A stretch of 63,441 bases of DNA, the filler included, from Octopus bimaculoides (lineage: Eukaryota): NCBI RefSeq assembly GCF_001194135.2. It is 8 parts of 8 records of this genome, joined end to end, with 100 filler letters (N's around TTAATTAATTAA, not from the genome) between each part and the next. Parts side by side here need not be neighbours in the genome. Positions count along the whole stretch, not along the records: positions 61,485 to 63,441 come from NC_068986.1; 7 more parts are not named here. One strand, written 5' to 3'. The first letter of the stretch is position 1; each line of letters starts with the position of its first letter. A program made the translations under genes and the position numbers. The notes beneath the pieces are model-generated. The model was not told the origin of the DNA and made no database searches. It saw only the letters and a program-made list of their open reading frames with translations. Of the stretch, positions 62,833-63,441 are shown piece after piece.

Positions 62833-63020
62833 CAACAACAACAACATCGAAAAATACCTTAGGAATGAGAACCCAGGTTCGAAATTTTTTCAAGACACCT
62901 GATGAAGGCTGGAGGGTATATCAGCCGAAACATTATGTTAACAACAAACAAGATGAAGACAAATATCCGTCAAATGTAAATAATGTGCATAATTCCTCAT
63001 CTCTTAAATATAGAACTGAA
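62683..63020 (+). mobile_element. Stand-alone tRNA-headed, HHR-tailed non-autonomous element
   Basis: A box TGGCGTAGTGG (62688-62698), B box GAGTTCGATTCC (62731-62742), (TAA)n(CAA)n, HHR at 62894-62939, and the same tail as at 59.5 kb. Confidence 0.8.
62894..62939 (+). ncRNA. Penelope-type minimal hammerhead motif (decayed stems I/III)
   Basis: GACAC CTGATGA A GGCTG-10 nt-CAGCC GAAA CATT ATGTT. Core and stem II are intact. G16.2 and G1.1 are changed to A relative to the other copy. Confidence 0.65.
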
Positions 63021-63394
63021 GAATCGGATTTGATACCATGTATATGCATACATACATACATGCATACATGCATACATGCATATATACATACATGTACACA
63101 GGTGTGCATTCACACACACATACCCCTCCCCCAACACATACATATAAACACAAACGCACATACACACATTCGTATATATATGAATTCAATCTAAAACTTC
63201 AGTAATTTCACTGTGTTCTTTAAGTCACTTTTTCCAAAATAATACAAGTCTTGCTGACCTGGATTCGGTTTTATCTGCATACATATATACATACATATAT
63301 ACATACACACACACATACGTACATACATAAACACTCACACGCAGACACACACTCATAAACACATACATATATATTCATACATACACACACACAC

Positions 63395-63441
<47 letters not shown>

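Overview
AT-rich, microsatellite- and gap-ridden animal genomic DNA. The SINE families, simple repeats and gene style point to an octopus-type cephalopod draft assembly (inference). One host gene is recognisable: EMC6 (ER membrane protein complex subunit 6) on the + strand. It has three coding exons, 15615-15660, 24020-24180 and 25890-25982 (100 codons, MATTTIALKTRKSRPDAVAYSE...SGLFGGLF). The third exon ends at a minor-spliceosome (U12-type) donor, GTATCCTT. The conserved C-terminal ~16 codons were not found and probably lie in an N-gap. The rest is mostly mobile DNA: dozens of tRNA-headed SINEs (at least four modular families), hAT and Tc1/mariner MITEs with TSDs, long fold-back palindromes, and decayed CR1, RTE, mariner, hAT and Penelope-like (PLE) coding remnants. 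The most interesting hidden signal is a set of minimal type I hammerhead-ribozyme (HHR) motifs from several unrelated repeat families. These include (i) an inverted pair in EMC6 intron 1 with a compensated U3:A8 catalytic-core variant and (ii) a tRNA-head/(TAA)n/HHR element, found once fused to the 3' end of a Penelope-like ORF and once standing alone. The latter may be a SINE mobilised by a Penelope-like element. Almost all ORFs in the supplied track are microsatellite or N-gap artefacts. All structures were read by eye and none was tested computationally.
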